A stretch of DNA of 64,000 bases, from the NCBI RefSeq assembly GCF_052425735.1, contig NC_135762.1, positions 10,540,001 to 10,604,000 on the forward strand. Reading direction: 5' to 3'. The stretch is from Oculina patagonica. Lineage: Eukaryota. Each line of letters starts with the position of its first letter. Position 1 is the stretch's first letter. The position numbers and the translations under genes are program-made. The notes below the pieces were generated by a model, which made no database searches, was not told the DNA's origin, and saw only the letters and a list, made by a program, of their open reading frames with translations. This document shows positions 25,389 through 36,310 of the stretch, in pieces.

Positions 25389-25650
25389 TGAGTTAGGATT
25401 TAGGTTAATGAGAGATGTGTATTGAAGTGAGTTACGTTATCAGTGACGTTCGCCTAATTTTGGTTGGTAACAGATCTATAGCCAGGTAACTGTGTATTTT
25501 CACTTGTCATTTTATAATTTGTTCATGTTTTCTTGCTTGCCATAGGACTTGCCGAAAAACCAAACAAACACATGACCAGTGAAAATATACAGCACAATTA
25601 CCCATCTACAGTACTAAGATAAACGTAACAAGTGACCAAAAGAGATGCCT

Positions 25651-26180
25651 TTAATATCTTCTGCCATTTGACCTCTCAAAGAGTCCAGCGGTTATTTCGT
25701 CTTTCCCTTTCATATTTTTCGCGGTACACTTGAAGTACAGATACTGTGGCAAATATTGAGATGTGACCACCAAGGTACTTCTTGAAATTCCATTTTTAAC
25801 TTGGAAAATGTTAGGCTTCTGAGTAACGGGCGCCCAGGACATACAGGCATTCAAAGACCAGCAAAATTTGTATGACCACGAGAAAGATGGAGTTGGACTG
25901 CCTTCAGCAAGAACACAAGGGATGTCTTTTGGCTTGATTAGATGTCCAGTCCAGTAGTAGGTCTTGGCATATGATTTGTCCAGAACGGGAGCACCTGTTA
26001 ATTGGATCACAAGCCATTAACATTTCTGATCTAAACTTTTGTTAAGATTCTAAACACAAACTAATATGTACACTACATTCAGTGGTGAATTTAAAGGAGA
26101 AGGGTAAAACATATTATTATTATTTTATTCTTTTTCTTATTCTTATTCTTATTATTATTTATAATATTATCATTATCATT

Positions 26181-26211
<31 letters not shown>

Positions 26212-29200
26212 ACTATATTTCAGTACATCTAATAAATGGCTCTTTGCCTGAAAAACTATGATAATTTGATTTAATGATGTCAGTGCAGTGCTGCTTTTGT
26301 CAGGAAAGAATGGTTATTTTCCTGAAACAATTGGGCAATTCTCTATTTTCCAATTGCCCATAATGCACTTTGTTTGCCCCCCAAATTTTGCATAAACTAT
26401 TGTTTTGGTGAAGAAATTATTCAACATGACACGAGCGTGGGACAAAGAAAAAATCTGAGTCCCCGACGGGAATCGAACCCATGACCTCCCAGATACCGGT
26501 TGGGCGCTCTAACCAACTTTTCTTTGTCCCATGCTCGTGTCATGTTGAATAATTTCTTCATTATTTATCACCGAGCTTGAAATTTACCATCTTTATTATT
26601 TACAACTATTGTTTTGGAAAAATGCAGTCCTCCCGAACTTTTGAACTCTGATGAAGGTGAACAGGAAAGTCACCGAAAATTTAGTTTCCAAAAAACAGAT
26701 CGGCTTCAGAACCTTTTTTATTTCATAAATTTAAAAGCGTTTTATCTTTTCTGTTTATTACAATTAAATGTTATTTCTCCCTTGCATGGTTTTCAAAACA
26801 AGCCGGCAACTGCCGGAGTTATGCCGGCTATTTGATTATATGTCGCTGGTTACCCTGTTCATAGCAATCAGCTCCAGACAAACAAGCTCAGCATTGCCAC
26901 AGAGACCTTATTTTTAAACTTTTTCAGCTGATGACGCCTACTTCAAAACAATTTGAAACCTTTGCCTTGCCAGTAAAATTTGTACAAGAGAGTCTCTAGA
27001 TTAAACTGTTTCTTGAAGAATAACAGAGTTAAAATCCAAACTCACTTGGTACAACAACGATAAAACTTCTCTGGTCTTCTCCAAAATCATTTTTGGCTTT
27101 ACAGCTGAATTCTGCATCATCATCAGGATAACGTGGTGTCTTTATTTTCAAGCCTTTGTGTGTCACAAGGTATCGTTCAGTTGCTGCACATGGTTCATCT
27201 TCGCGGCACTCTGGTATTAACTGGTTGTCTTTCTTCCATGTTACGACAGGTGGTGGAAATCCTATGGTTTGGCAAACCAACTCTAGGTCACTGTCGCTGT
27301 CAACCAAAATGTCATGATTTGAACTTGCTATGATCTTTGCAGGATCTGGACCTAAGAAAAATAATTTATTCAATTAAAAACGAAACTTAAAAGTAACTAA
27401 ACATGTAATACACACGTTCACTGTATGCTTATTTTATTTTTATTAATTATACAGGCCCCAGTTGTTTAAGGGTGGATACCGCTATTTACTGGATACATCA
27501 CTATCCAGTGGATAGCGTAGTCAGTGCGTTTTGTAAAAACTTATCCAATAGACAGCGATTTATCCAGTGGATAGCATTATCCACACTTTCAACAACTGGA
27601 TCCAGGTATAAGCTCACTTCATTTAATAATATCCAGTACACGAAAACAAAAATAACAATTACAACAAAAACTGGTAAGAGGTTGGGATGGGGGTGGAGAG
27701 TGTTGGTGGACAAGTAGATCACATTTTTTGATAGTCTACACTCAGAGACCATAGAAATAATGCCACAAACTGTTCAAAACTTAAGTTAACCATAATCACG
27801 TTATGAAGTTCCATAAATTATCCATACCTCGCCCACGGAAGCGATTTTTCCTGAGACCCCCTCACCCCTCTGAAAATTTCAATTATTAAGCTTCATACAT
27901 ATCCTTATAGTTTTTGGCCTCCTCCCACCCGAAGGAATGTCCAATCCCTCATGTGGGGGAAGTCACTGCATGAACATTTTCTGGGTCCAACCACACATTT
28001 CCACAATTAATTTACCTCTGACATCCACTTGTATGCTTCTCTCTAAAGTGAAGCCTTTTTTAGTCAGTAGTGCACACTCATACACCCCACTGTGCGAAGA
28101 ACCTGCATTTGAGAACATCAGGTCTTTTCTTGCTATTTTGTTTGCACCAAATGATGACTTGACACTCACGCCAGGCAAACTGGGCATTGGAAGTTGCACT
28201 GGGGATCCTCTGACAACTTTGTACCATGTAACAGTACCCATTGTACCCTCACAAGTGTAGGTGAGGTCAGATCCAGTTAATATCCGCTTTGACTTGAAAG
28301 GAATAATAGCAACTTCTGGGTGTACTGAAAAAAAATGAAACAAAAAACCATACTCAGTTTACAACTATTTAACAAACTCAGGGTTGTCATTAGGTTTTTG
28401 AGTAGCAGGTTCCATCCAAAAAGTAGGCGGCTACAAAACACTCATAACTTGATAACATACACTCAGAACTGACCTACTAATATTTGGAGTAGCCGGCGCA
28501 GAGTTCGTAATAGCTGGTGAAATGCGCCGGTTGCCGGCTTATTTTGACAACCCTGGTTTGCATTGGTTTTGATTCGTTCTTTTCAAACAGCACATCATAA
28601 GATGATGTAGAAAGATGGATGTAGAAAGATACATTGTAGCTATGCACCTAACACTGAAATTAAGCAACTGTAATATTGCTTAAATAAATGAAATGCTCAC
28701 CTATATCAAAAATTGCCAGAAAGATATCTCTGGTAATAACCTGCCCATCCATCCTTTTAGCAGTGCATTGGTAATGTCCTGCATCATGTATTGTAACATT
28801 ATGAACAGTAAATGTTGAGTCGCTGTTGGTTATTTTGATTGGATCTTTCGGAGGAACGCTTTTTTTGAATGTAACGCTTGCACTGGGATCGTTGGTTTTG
28901 CAGTTAAAATCTGCATCATCACCAAAGTACACAGAAATCACTTCAAACTTTGATGACACTTCAAAGGAAAAATTGGCTGGCACTGGAGAGCTGTGAATAC
29001 CACCTTTAAAAGGAGAAAAAGAAACACTGTGTTAATTGTGCACAGTTTTCAGTGATAATTATATGCAAACTCTGAAATTCAAACCATGTAACGATTTCAT
29101 TTTTCACGGCTGTCAATCATAATTATGGTGATGAACCATGGAAAACAGAACAAAACAAAATGGATCTGACAGCTGTGACCTTTTGACCCAGTTGAAGTGA

Positions 29201-30096
29201 ACTTCTGTTTTCCGAGAGGTCTGCTAAGATGATTGACAGCAGCAAAAAGCCTAAACCGTTGGTTGAGGATTGAATTCAGAGTTTGCATTTCATTGAAGAC
29301 TGCAATAACAAACAGCATTTGACTGCTTTAGAGATCCACAGTAACTTTTAAGGGTACATGACAAAGTTTACCAGTAACTTTAATTTAGATGACTAAAATA
29401 CATATAGTGAAAAATAAAAACAATTGTGATTCACAATTTCAGACGGATTTAATCAACGAAATAAAGTGATCAGTGTATTTGTCTACAAATACTCAGACAG
29501 TCTAACGACCAATTATTTTAGTACCCAAAAAATACTATTTATTCCAAGGGAAAATTTCAATATCGTCTGTCTATCAAAATAAAATTCTTTGAAAAGGCAG
29601 ACCAAAATAAATTTTTCTCGGCTTTCTGATATAGTACCCCTGCCTGCCCTGCCCCTGCCCTGCCCGGCGCGCCCCTACCCTCTCCTTCCACTGCTTAAAA
29701 TTCACTTAGCTGTTACATGGTTGCGTTCCACCCACCCCCTGAACAGCCATCTTTACAAATGAAGAATAAAAGACTTTGTAAAATTGTCTAACGCCACGTC
29801 TATTTAAAGTGTGACCAGAAGTTTCTCGTACAAGTATTCAGTATCGTGGAGTCTTACATTCTTTGTCATTCTTTCAAATACTATGTACAGCAATATTATA
29901 GACGACCATTATAAACGGAAGCTTACAAAACTTTACATGTAATACATGTAAAATAAAGCCTCACATGTCTCACATCTATTGTTTGTTTGTGTTCGAACAA
30001 GCTATTGAATAACTGATGACAAGAAAGAATAAATGAGAATCTAATGCAGTTCTTACCCGCTAAAACAAGCAGCACGACCGTCAACAAGAAAACCAT
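25651..30096 (-). CDS. Secreted protein with 4 Ig domains, VEGFR/PDGFR-ectodomain-like, no TM or kinase (~433 aa, 5 coding exons)
   Basis: Exons 30057-30096 (signal peptide MVFLLTVVLLVLA), 28701-29003, 28016-28324, 27046-27351, 25651-25994. All introns are GT-AG and phase 1. Each Ig exon has the Cys pair (DAGHYQC, HSGVYEC, DDAEFSC, YFKC). AATAAA on the minus strand near 24233-24238. Confidence 0.85.
26409..26603. mobile_element. tRNA-headed SINE insertion with inverted duplication and 14-bp TSD
   Basis: TSD AACTATTGTTTTGG at 26395-26408 and 26604-26617; 43-bp inverted arms at 26409-26451 and 26518-26560 enclose a minus-strand tRNA-like head (GGTTCGATTCCC B box); TTTATTATTTA tail. Confidence 0.8.
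26643..26688 (+). ncRNA. Minimal type I hammerhead ribozyme motif (Penelope-type)
   Basis: GAACT-CUGAUGA-A-GGUGA(loop)UCACC-GAAA-AUUU-AGUUUC: core boxes, 5-bp stem II, palindromic AAUU stem III, stem I pairing. Confidence 0.65.
27452..27605. repeat. GGATA/TATCC-rich MITE
   Basis: Same family as 25256-25388; caggccccagttg ... caactggatccagg. Confidence 0.7.
28379..28555. mobile_element. hAT-like MITE
   Basis: CAGGGTTGTCA ... TGACAACCCTG TIR; no TSD visible. Confidence 0.55.
29150..29320 (+). repeat. Dispersed repeat shared with 60700-60850
   Basis: tgaccttttga.ccagttgaagtgaacttctgttt..gagaggtc...agat.attgacagcagc.aaaagc occurs at both sites. Confidence 0.75.
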
Positions 30097-33000
30097 CTTT
30101 CTCTTTTCCTCGTAGGATTTGGGTCCTGTCAGCCTTGTTGTAAACCTGAAAAATATATCGTCGAAAATTAAAAGTTTATCACCCAGTTGCAAAGCAAATA
30201 AACTGTTCAAAAAGAAAAACACCTTGTTATAACATGATGTAGTCAAGGTTATTTTAACAAGATACAATACTGCAGTTATTTACCCATTGGCCTGTGGAAA
30301 GGTAAAACGAGCTCGCGTCGCCATGTTGTGAACAACTAATCGGACCACTGACTTTGGATAGCGTCGCTTTTATAACGGCTTTAGACACTAGCTTTAAGTG
30401 TTTTAGATGATGCCGAGCCATCCTGATTTGGCGTGGCTTAGGTGACAAGTAAACAACGCCTATTTGAAAAGCCACAAGTGGCAATAATTCAAATCAACCG
30501 CCTTTCGTCCGCCTCAAGACTTTGTAAACATTTCATGGGCTAATTACTACCCAGAATGCAACGTGATTTAGACGCCTGGAACAATAGATGTAAATATGAC
30601 AATCACATAAACAAAGCCAAGAATATCACTGGAATTTTTAATAGTACGTGAAATCTTTAGAGAATTTAAAGTCGTCTGGCTGGTCATCAACTAATCAGCC
30701 ACATTAATCCGGAAACATTGTTTCTTTCCCAGTCCAACATGATTCACAAAACGGGCAAAGTATTATATTCAAGAAAATTGAGCGGAGCATGAGTCATGAA
30801 TCAACGGAGCGACGGACTATTAGATACGTTCCAATGGTTCGATAATTTGTTTTCTTCGCTTTAATTATCCTAAAGGAAACAATAAGTGAAAGCTCGACGG
30901 GAGATATCAATTAAACTCTGTAAAAATGTGGATCTGCAAATTGCAGATCCGTGAATTTAGGAGACCTCGTCTGGCCCGGTTGAGCTCAAACATTTAGGTA
31001 GTGGGTACCCCAGAGAAAAAATATTGGTTCTAACTGTTTTTCTATTTATATTACCTTGGAATGTCAAGTTATATCGAGTGGCGTGTTCAATACAAGCACA
31101 AATGGATCTGTATGACATGTGAGTCGATCTCTTATAGACCCTTATAGGAGGTCATCAACAGACGAATTCGTTTAGTTGGTCAGTTAAACAAAGAGCTGTA
31201 TAGTAGCCCGGCGTTTTGAAATCGTAAAGAGCGTGTTTTCGTTTACACGCCACTATGATACTAGCGGCTAGCCCACAGCGAAATGATATAAATAACTGTG
31301 TTGAGAAGAGTTTACTGAGTAGAAACTTAAAAATACTTCTGAAAATACTAAAGCATTTAGTGATGGTAAGAACAAAGCACTTACCTGTATCGTCAATGTC
31401 TTAAAAAAATAAATAATGATGCTACACTTGATAGCCTCTTTCCACGTTGCGCACTACAGTTTGTTCCTTCTAAATGGACGAGATTTTCTGCTCTGTTTGA
31501 AATGTGAGTCCTATATATATATATGGTTTGTCATCACTTGTAACAGGAAATGTCATCACCGAATAATACCATCACCCCACCCTGTTTATTTAGTGCGTCA
31601 TTTTTTACGATACTTTATACTTGAATGCTTGAGAATTTTCTCCTTCATTCAGTGTTTCATAAAGCTGCTTATAAAACCTCAATTATTCGTTTATCTACGT
31701 CAGGTCAGAGAAAACAAGGCAAATTAATAAATGCAACTTCTTAGTTTCGACAGTGCGGGAGTGATCTTCATGTTTATTTTAATAGCGCATTTCCCATGTT
31801 TCCGCTGTTATACGTTACACTAAGGACACTAAGCAGTAATAACACTTTATGCGTGCGATCTAAACTCCCACAAAATATGGATCGGTGAGTACTTTCTCGT
31901 TATAAAGCAAACACGCTGTACCAAGATCTGTAAAAACAGGTTAAAATACACAGTAAACAAAAAGGTAGGCTCGATTCCGCAAGCAAAGTTCTTTGACTGA
32001 AAACTGAAAAATGCACCTAGAAGTTCTGGAAAGTTTCCATCACTTATTAAGAAAGCTCGTTTTATCCGATTTAAATAATTCGTGTCACAAACAGTACAGC
32101 AGACATAAACAAAGTGAATCGGCTTTTATCGAATTCTTTATAGTCGCATCAATATTTGACGATTTTTCCGTGTTAATTAAATACTGAGTGTCTTCATATT
32201 TTGCCTGCTATCGACTAAGCATTTTAAAATCTTTAATAACTGTTTTGCGAAAAAATATAAGAGATAAGAAAACTGCTTGGCATTTTTAGAATATTAAAAA
32301 GACAAGTATTTTCACGATGTTCTGATATCAGATCATACGCGCCCACTAGCTGGGTAAAAATTAAAATCCGCACTCTCTCGACGCGGCGTCATTTGAGAAG
32401 CCTGCGACGCCTGTATTCACCCATTCGGCGGTTACCGGCACGCGATCGTCTCGTAGCCTTGAGTCTACCTGTAGTTCCACTGTTCGATCTCGTTAAAGAA
32501 AGCATGAAGTTGGACTTTCACGTCGATATGGGTAAAAAAACATGAAACGTCTCAGCACGTGCGAAACTACTTCCGGTTAGTCTTTGTAACCGGAAATTTT
32601 GCGCAATGTTTAAACTCCCACTAAAGGCACCTATCATGACATGACCGTATAAACCACAATAAAAAATATAAGTGCTATTTAAAAACAACTCAGTTTCATG
32701 CCAAAAAGAAGTAATAGCAAGCCAATACTGAAGAGCCCTTGTTAAAATTATCCAAATTCTAAAATTTGGACTCGATCTTTTCGACGCCATCTTTGGTCAG
32801 TGGGTAAAACAGACTGCAATGTTTGCATGGAAATCACATGCCAAATATTTCTGCGGATAACTTCAGCACTAAAAACCTGCACCTAACATAGCTATTGTAG
32901 GAAAAGAAAAGTGAGTTTGAATGGATCTAAGCAAAATCTGAAAACTTCTCGCATTTTATATGGCGTCTTTTACGATACTAGAAATTTAAAAATTTCTAGT

Positions 33001-34114
33001 AGCTTGACCACCCACCTAAATTCACGCCCTTCTTCAGGAATTCTGTCCTCCTTGTAAACACTTTTCACGTAACTGAGGGTGTATGTCGTATCGGGTATCT
33101 GGAAACATTCAGCTTATACTCAGTGCAGAAATGCGTGAACTTGACCCTGAATACCCTTCACTCCAGCCCAAATACATCCCAGTATCAATTTACTTCCGAT
33201 ACCAGATAGTACAGGCCGTGGAGCCTGGAGGGGAGGCAGGAGGTTGGGTTGAGGCAGAAGTGGACTCCTGGAGGGAAGGGGAGGGGTAGCCTGCACGCAG
33301 GTAGCTTTTTCATCTTGGGCAAAATGAGAGTCAAATGATGACAGTGCTATAGTACCTAGTTACATATTTGGTAAAAATTTGAAGCCTTACAGTAGGATGG
33401 AGACTCTATTCGCACTGGCAGATACCTACTTGTGATTGCTTTCCCGATTTTGATCTTGAATATCACACGGCAGGGGGTAGGAGAAAGGGACAAAAATAAA
33501 TTTAGGGATAGAGGAAGGGGATATTATAAAATCCGAACAAAGTTTAACCTAACACGGCACTCGAAGTAACGTTCAACGTTACACGTCTTTGGAGTTACTA
33601 ACTAAATTGTCTTTGTCTTTTCGTAAGAACTATGACACCGTAAGAGGAGGCTCATCGCTTAGCTTTGTTTCTATTTTTTCCATTTTTCAACTCAGATTTA
33701 CAGTTGAATGATCGCATCCAGCGAATTAACAAAGAAAGTGATTTCCCAATGAATATTTGACATTTTTTTTATTTTATATCTTCCTTTGCCGATCTACCGT
33801 GGTCTGGAAGGGATATCCGCTTTGTTATTTTGGGCCTTATTTGTCCTAACGACTTCAATTTTCTAAGCCGTTCCTTTAATTATTTTCCTGTATTTTGGTT
33901 TCCGTGACCCTTTTTTACATCCGCGACTTTTATCTTATTACTATTATTTTTTTTACTCCCGGGATTTTTTTGTTATACATCCGTGAATTATTTTTTTACG
34001 TGGCAATTTTTCATATGAATCATTTTCAGGCAAGGCATTGTCGGTTGATATTGTTTAACAAAGGGCAAAACCCGTTTTTCCTATGTTGGTTTTTGTGGAG
34101 AGCTTGTTGCCTAG

Positions 34115-34292
34115 TAAATAATAAAGATGGTAGATTTTAAGCTCGGTGATAAATAGTGAAGAATATTATTCTACATGACACGAGCGTGGGACAAAGAAAA
34201 AATCTGAGTCCCCGACGGGAATCGAACCCATGGCCTCCCAGAATACCGGTTAGGCGCTCTTACCAACTGAGCTACCTGTGAGCTAGGCCATT
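34115..34292 (-). mobile_element. tRNA-headed SINE, same family as 26409-26603, not duplicated
   Basis: Minus strand: GGTAGCTCAGTTGG (A box) ... GGTTCGATTCCC (B box), body, then ACCATCTTTATTATTTA tail. Confidence 0.8.
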
Positions 34293-34299
34293 TACTGTT

Positions 34300-34492
34300 T
34301 ATTGCAAAGCGTATTTCGGATAGGGCTCGCCTTTATACTATAGTGTGCATGCGGATAACCTCTCTCTATAAGATGGCATTTAAACTCTTTGAGTTTGTTT
34401 TGAAAGTTGCCTGTGTGTGAAGACTCTTTGGAGTTCCCCGAGGGGCGGCAAGATGAAAAAATGTGTACATTGGAATGTTTCAGTAGCCTTAC
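34300..34492 (-). pseudogene. Penelope-like element RT thumb-region relic
   Basis: With a frameshift reads ETFQCTHF/SSCRPSG...FQNKLKEFKCHLIERGYP, resembling PLE RT C-terminal motifs (SSCHP, L..RGYP). Confidence 0.65.
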
Positions 34493-34868
34493 ACCCAGTT
34501 TCACCGAGGTCAAACGTCTCAGGCAGCTTTTCTTTCCATTTCGACGTTTTTTGTCACATTGAAGTGTTGGTATAAAAATAGTTGCTGAGTGTAAGCATAA
34601 TCCCATTTCCTCAGGTAAACGAGTGTTTTTACTTTTTAAATGTTTCGCGTCCGAACCAAAGTGCTTAGACAAAATGGCGCCGACAAGTCCGCATTTCGCT
34701 ATTTTCAAACACGTAGAACGTTTTTAGTAAAGCACCAAAAAACTTAGTAAACCCTTAGGATACCGGTTATGTATCAAACTTTAAACTGTGAAAATTATAA
34801 CCTTATCTTTGCAGTACTTTTCTTATTTTTTGCATATTTCTGTCGTTTGACCGCGGTCGAACACCCAG

Positions 34869-35020
34869 TAGACTGTCCACAGCCCTCTATTTTTTCGTGT
34901 TTTTTCGATCGATGAGCGCGCGGTGAGAACGGTGAAAGAACTGGACGCCGTCCCCTTCCTTCCACGCGCTCGCTTCGTTTGCTTTTTTGCGTTGAAAAAT
35001 CGAGAGGCTGTGGACAGTCT
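34869..35020. mobile_element. Small MITE
   Basis: TAGACTGTCCACAGCC ... GGCTGTGGACAGTCTA perfect 16-bp inverted ends. Confidence 0.75.
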
Positions 35021-35740
35021 ATACACCCAGCAACGATCGATTCTAATAACGGAGGCTTTCGTTATACAATTTAGAATAAAAATCAGCGAAAATAAATGAC
35101 GTTTCGATGAATCGCGGTTCATCATTATCAAATTCTAAAAAAGTCAGATTCTGATGAGTTCAATATATATTAAGAGTGCGTGTGAAAATTTCGTTGCATA
35201 AAATTAAAGACTATACAATGTGAATTGTATAGAGTGTTAATTACGAACTAAATAGTTTTGCTTTAATGGAGTCAGATTGAGTGTTCAGTTTAGGTTTTAA
35301 CTCCTGGATAAAAAGCATTTCGAAGATAAAGCATTCGAATTTCCCGCGACATTTCTTCAAGATTGTAAATTGCTTGTTAAGATCTTTGTTACTCTGGTTG
35401 TGGGCGTCACGCAGGTGGTTTCCAATAGCTGAGTGCGTATGTTCATCAATGCGTTGGAAAAGGTGTCGGCGAGTGTAGCCTACATAATCTGCATCACACG
35501 AATCACATTTAAATTTGTAAACAACACATTGTTGATTTAACGATCGATGTTCTTTTAAAATAAATCAGTACCACCTCCGATTGCAAACCATAGTTTCTAA
35601 AAAAGGAAGTTTCTTTTCTAGAGATTTTGGCTGTAAATTTGATTGTAGAGTGGCGGTTGTTTGAATTATGTTAAAGAAAAACAATAATTTAATGCAAGAC
35701 TTATAATTACACTACGGCAAGGGACACTTTTAAAAGGCAA

Positions 35741-35787
35741 CAACCGGTATTTCGACTAGTTAACTAATCTTCTTCAGAGCCAGTGCT
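35741..35787 (-). ncRNA. Minimal hammerhead ribozyme motif (Penelope-type) with a partial inverted copy at 35804-35832
   Basis: Minus strand: GCACUGGCU-CUGAAGA-A-GAUUAG-UUAA-CUAGUC-GAAA-UAC-CGGUUG. Confidence 0.6.
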
Positions 35788-35889
35788 GTTATGGATAAAT
35801 AATAGCACTGGCCCTGAAGAAGACTAGTTAATTGCCGTAGTGTCAGCTTTGCACAGACTCGTTCCCAGTCGCTATTTACGTGTTTTGAG

Positions 35890-36310
35890 TAGGGCTTTCC
35901 ACAAGTTGCTCGAGATTTCTCAAAAAGTTGCCCGTAATTTCTCAAAAAGTTGCTCAAAAGTTTCTCCAAAAATCCAAAAAAGGTGGTTCTGATAATAAAA
36001 GTTGCTCGAAAGTTGCTCCAAAAAATCCAAAACGTTCTTCTAATCAAGATAATTTCTCTAAATATATGCTAGTTTCCCTTTGAGGGTAAGATTTCTTAGC
36101 CGTTTTGTGCAATTTAACAGCAAAAGGAGTATCTTAATAACATATTAAGGGGAAAATTTGTTAAATAACAAGGATTTCTTTAACTGAGAAAAATCGTGAA
36201 GATATCGATGACGTCATGTTTGCTGACAAGTTTTGTAATGTTTTAATGCAGAAAGAGGACCAGAAAGAGCAGAAAGTTGAAACGTACTTAGATGTTCCTC
36301 GGAAGTCTTC
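35890..36310 (+). mobile_element. hAT-like MITE copy, truncated by another repeat at 36313-36452
   Basis: High similarity to 19791-20220 starting from TAGGGCTTTCCACAAGTTGCTCG; the 3' end is replaced by a CGAC/GTCG-rich MITE fragment. Confidence 0.8.

Noticed and set aside
26455-34280. tRNA genes at ~26455-26518 and ~34205-34277 (also 54440-54510 and 63100-63170)
   Set aside because: These are SINE heads with body and tail attached and imperfect cloverleaves.
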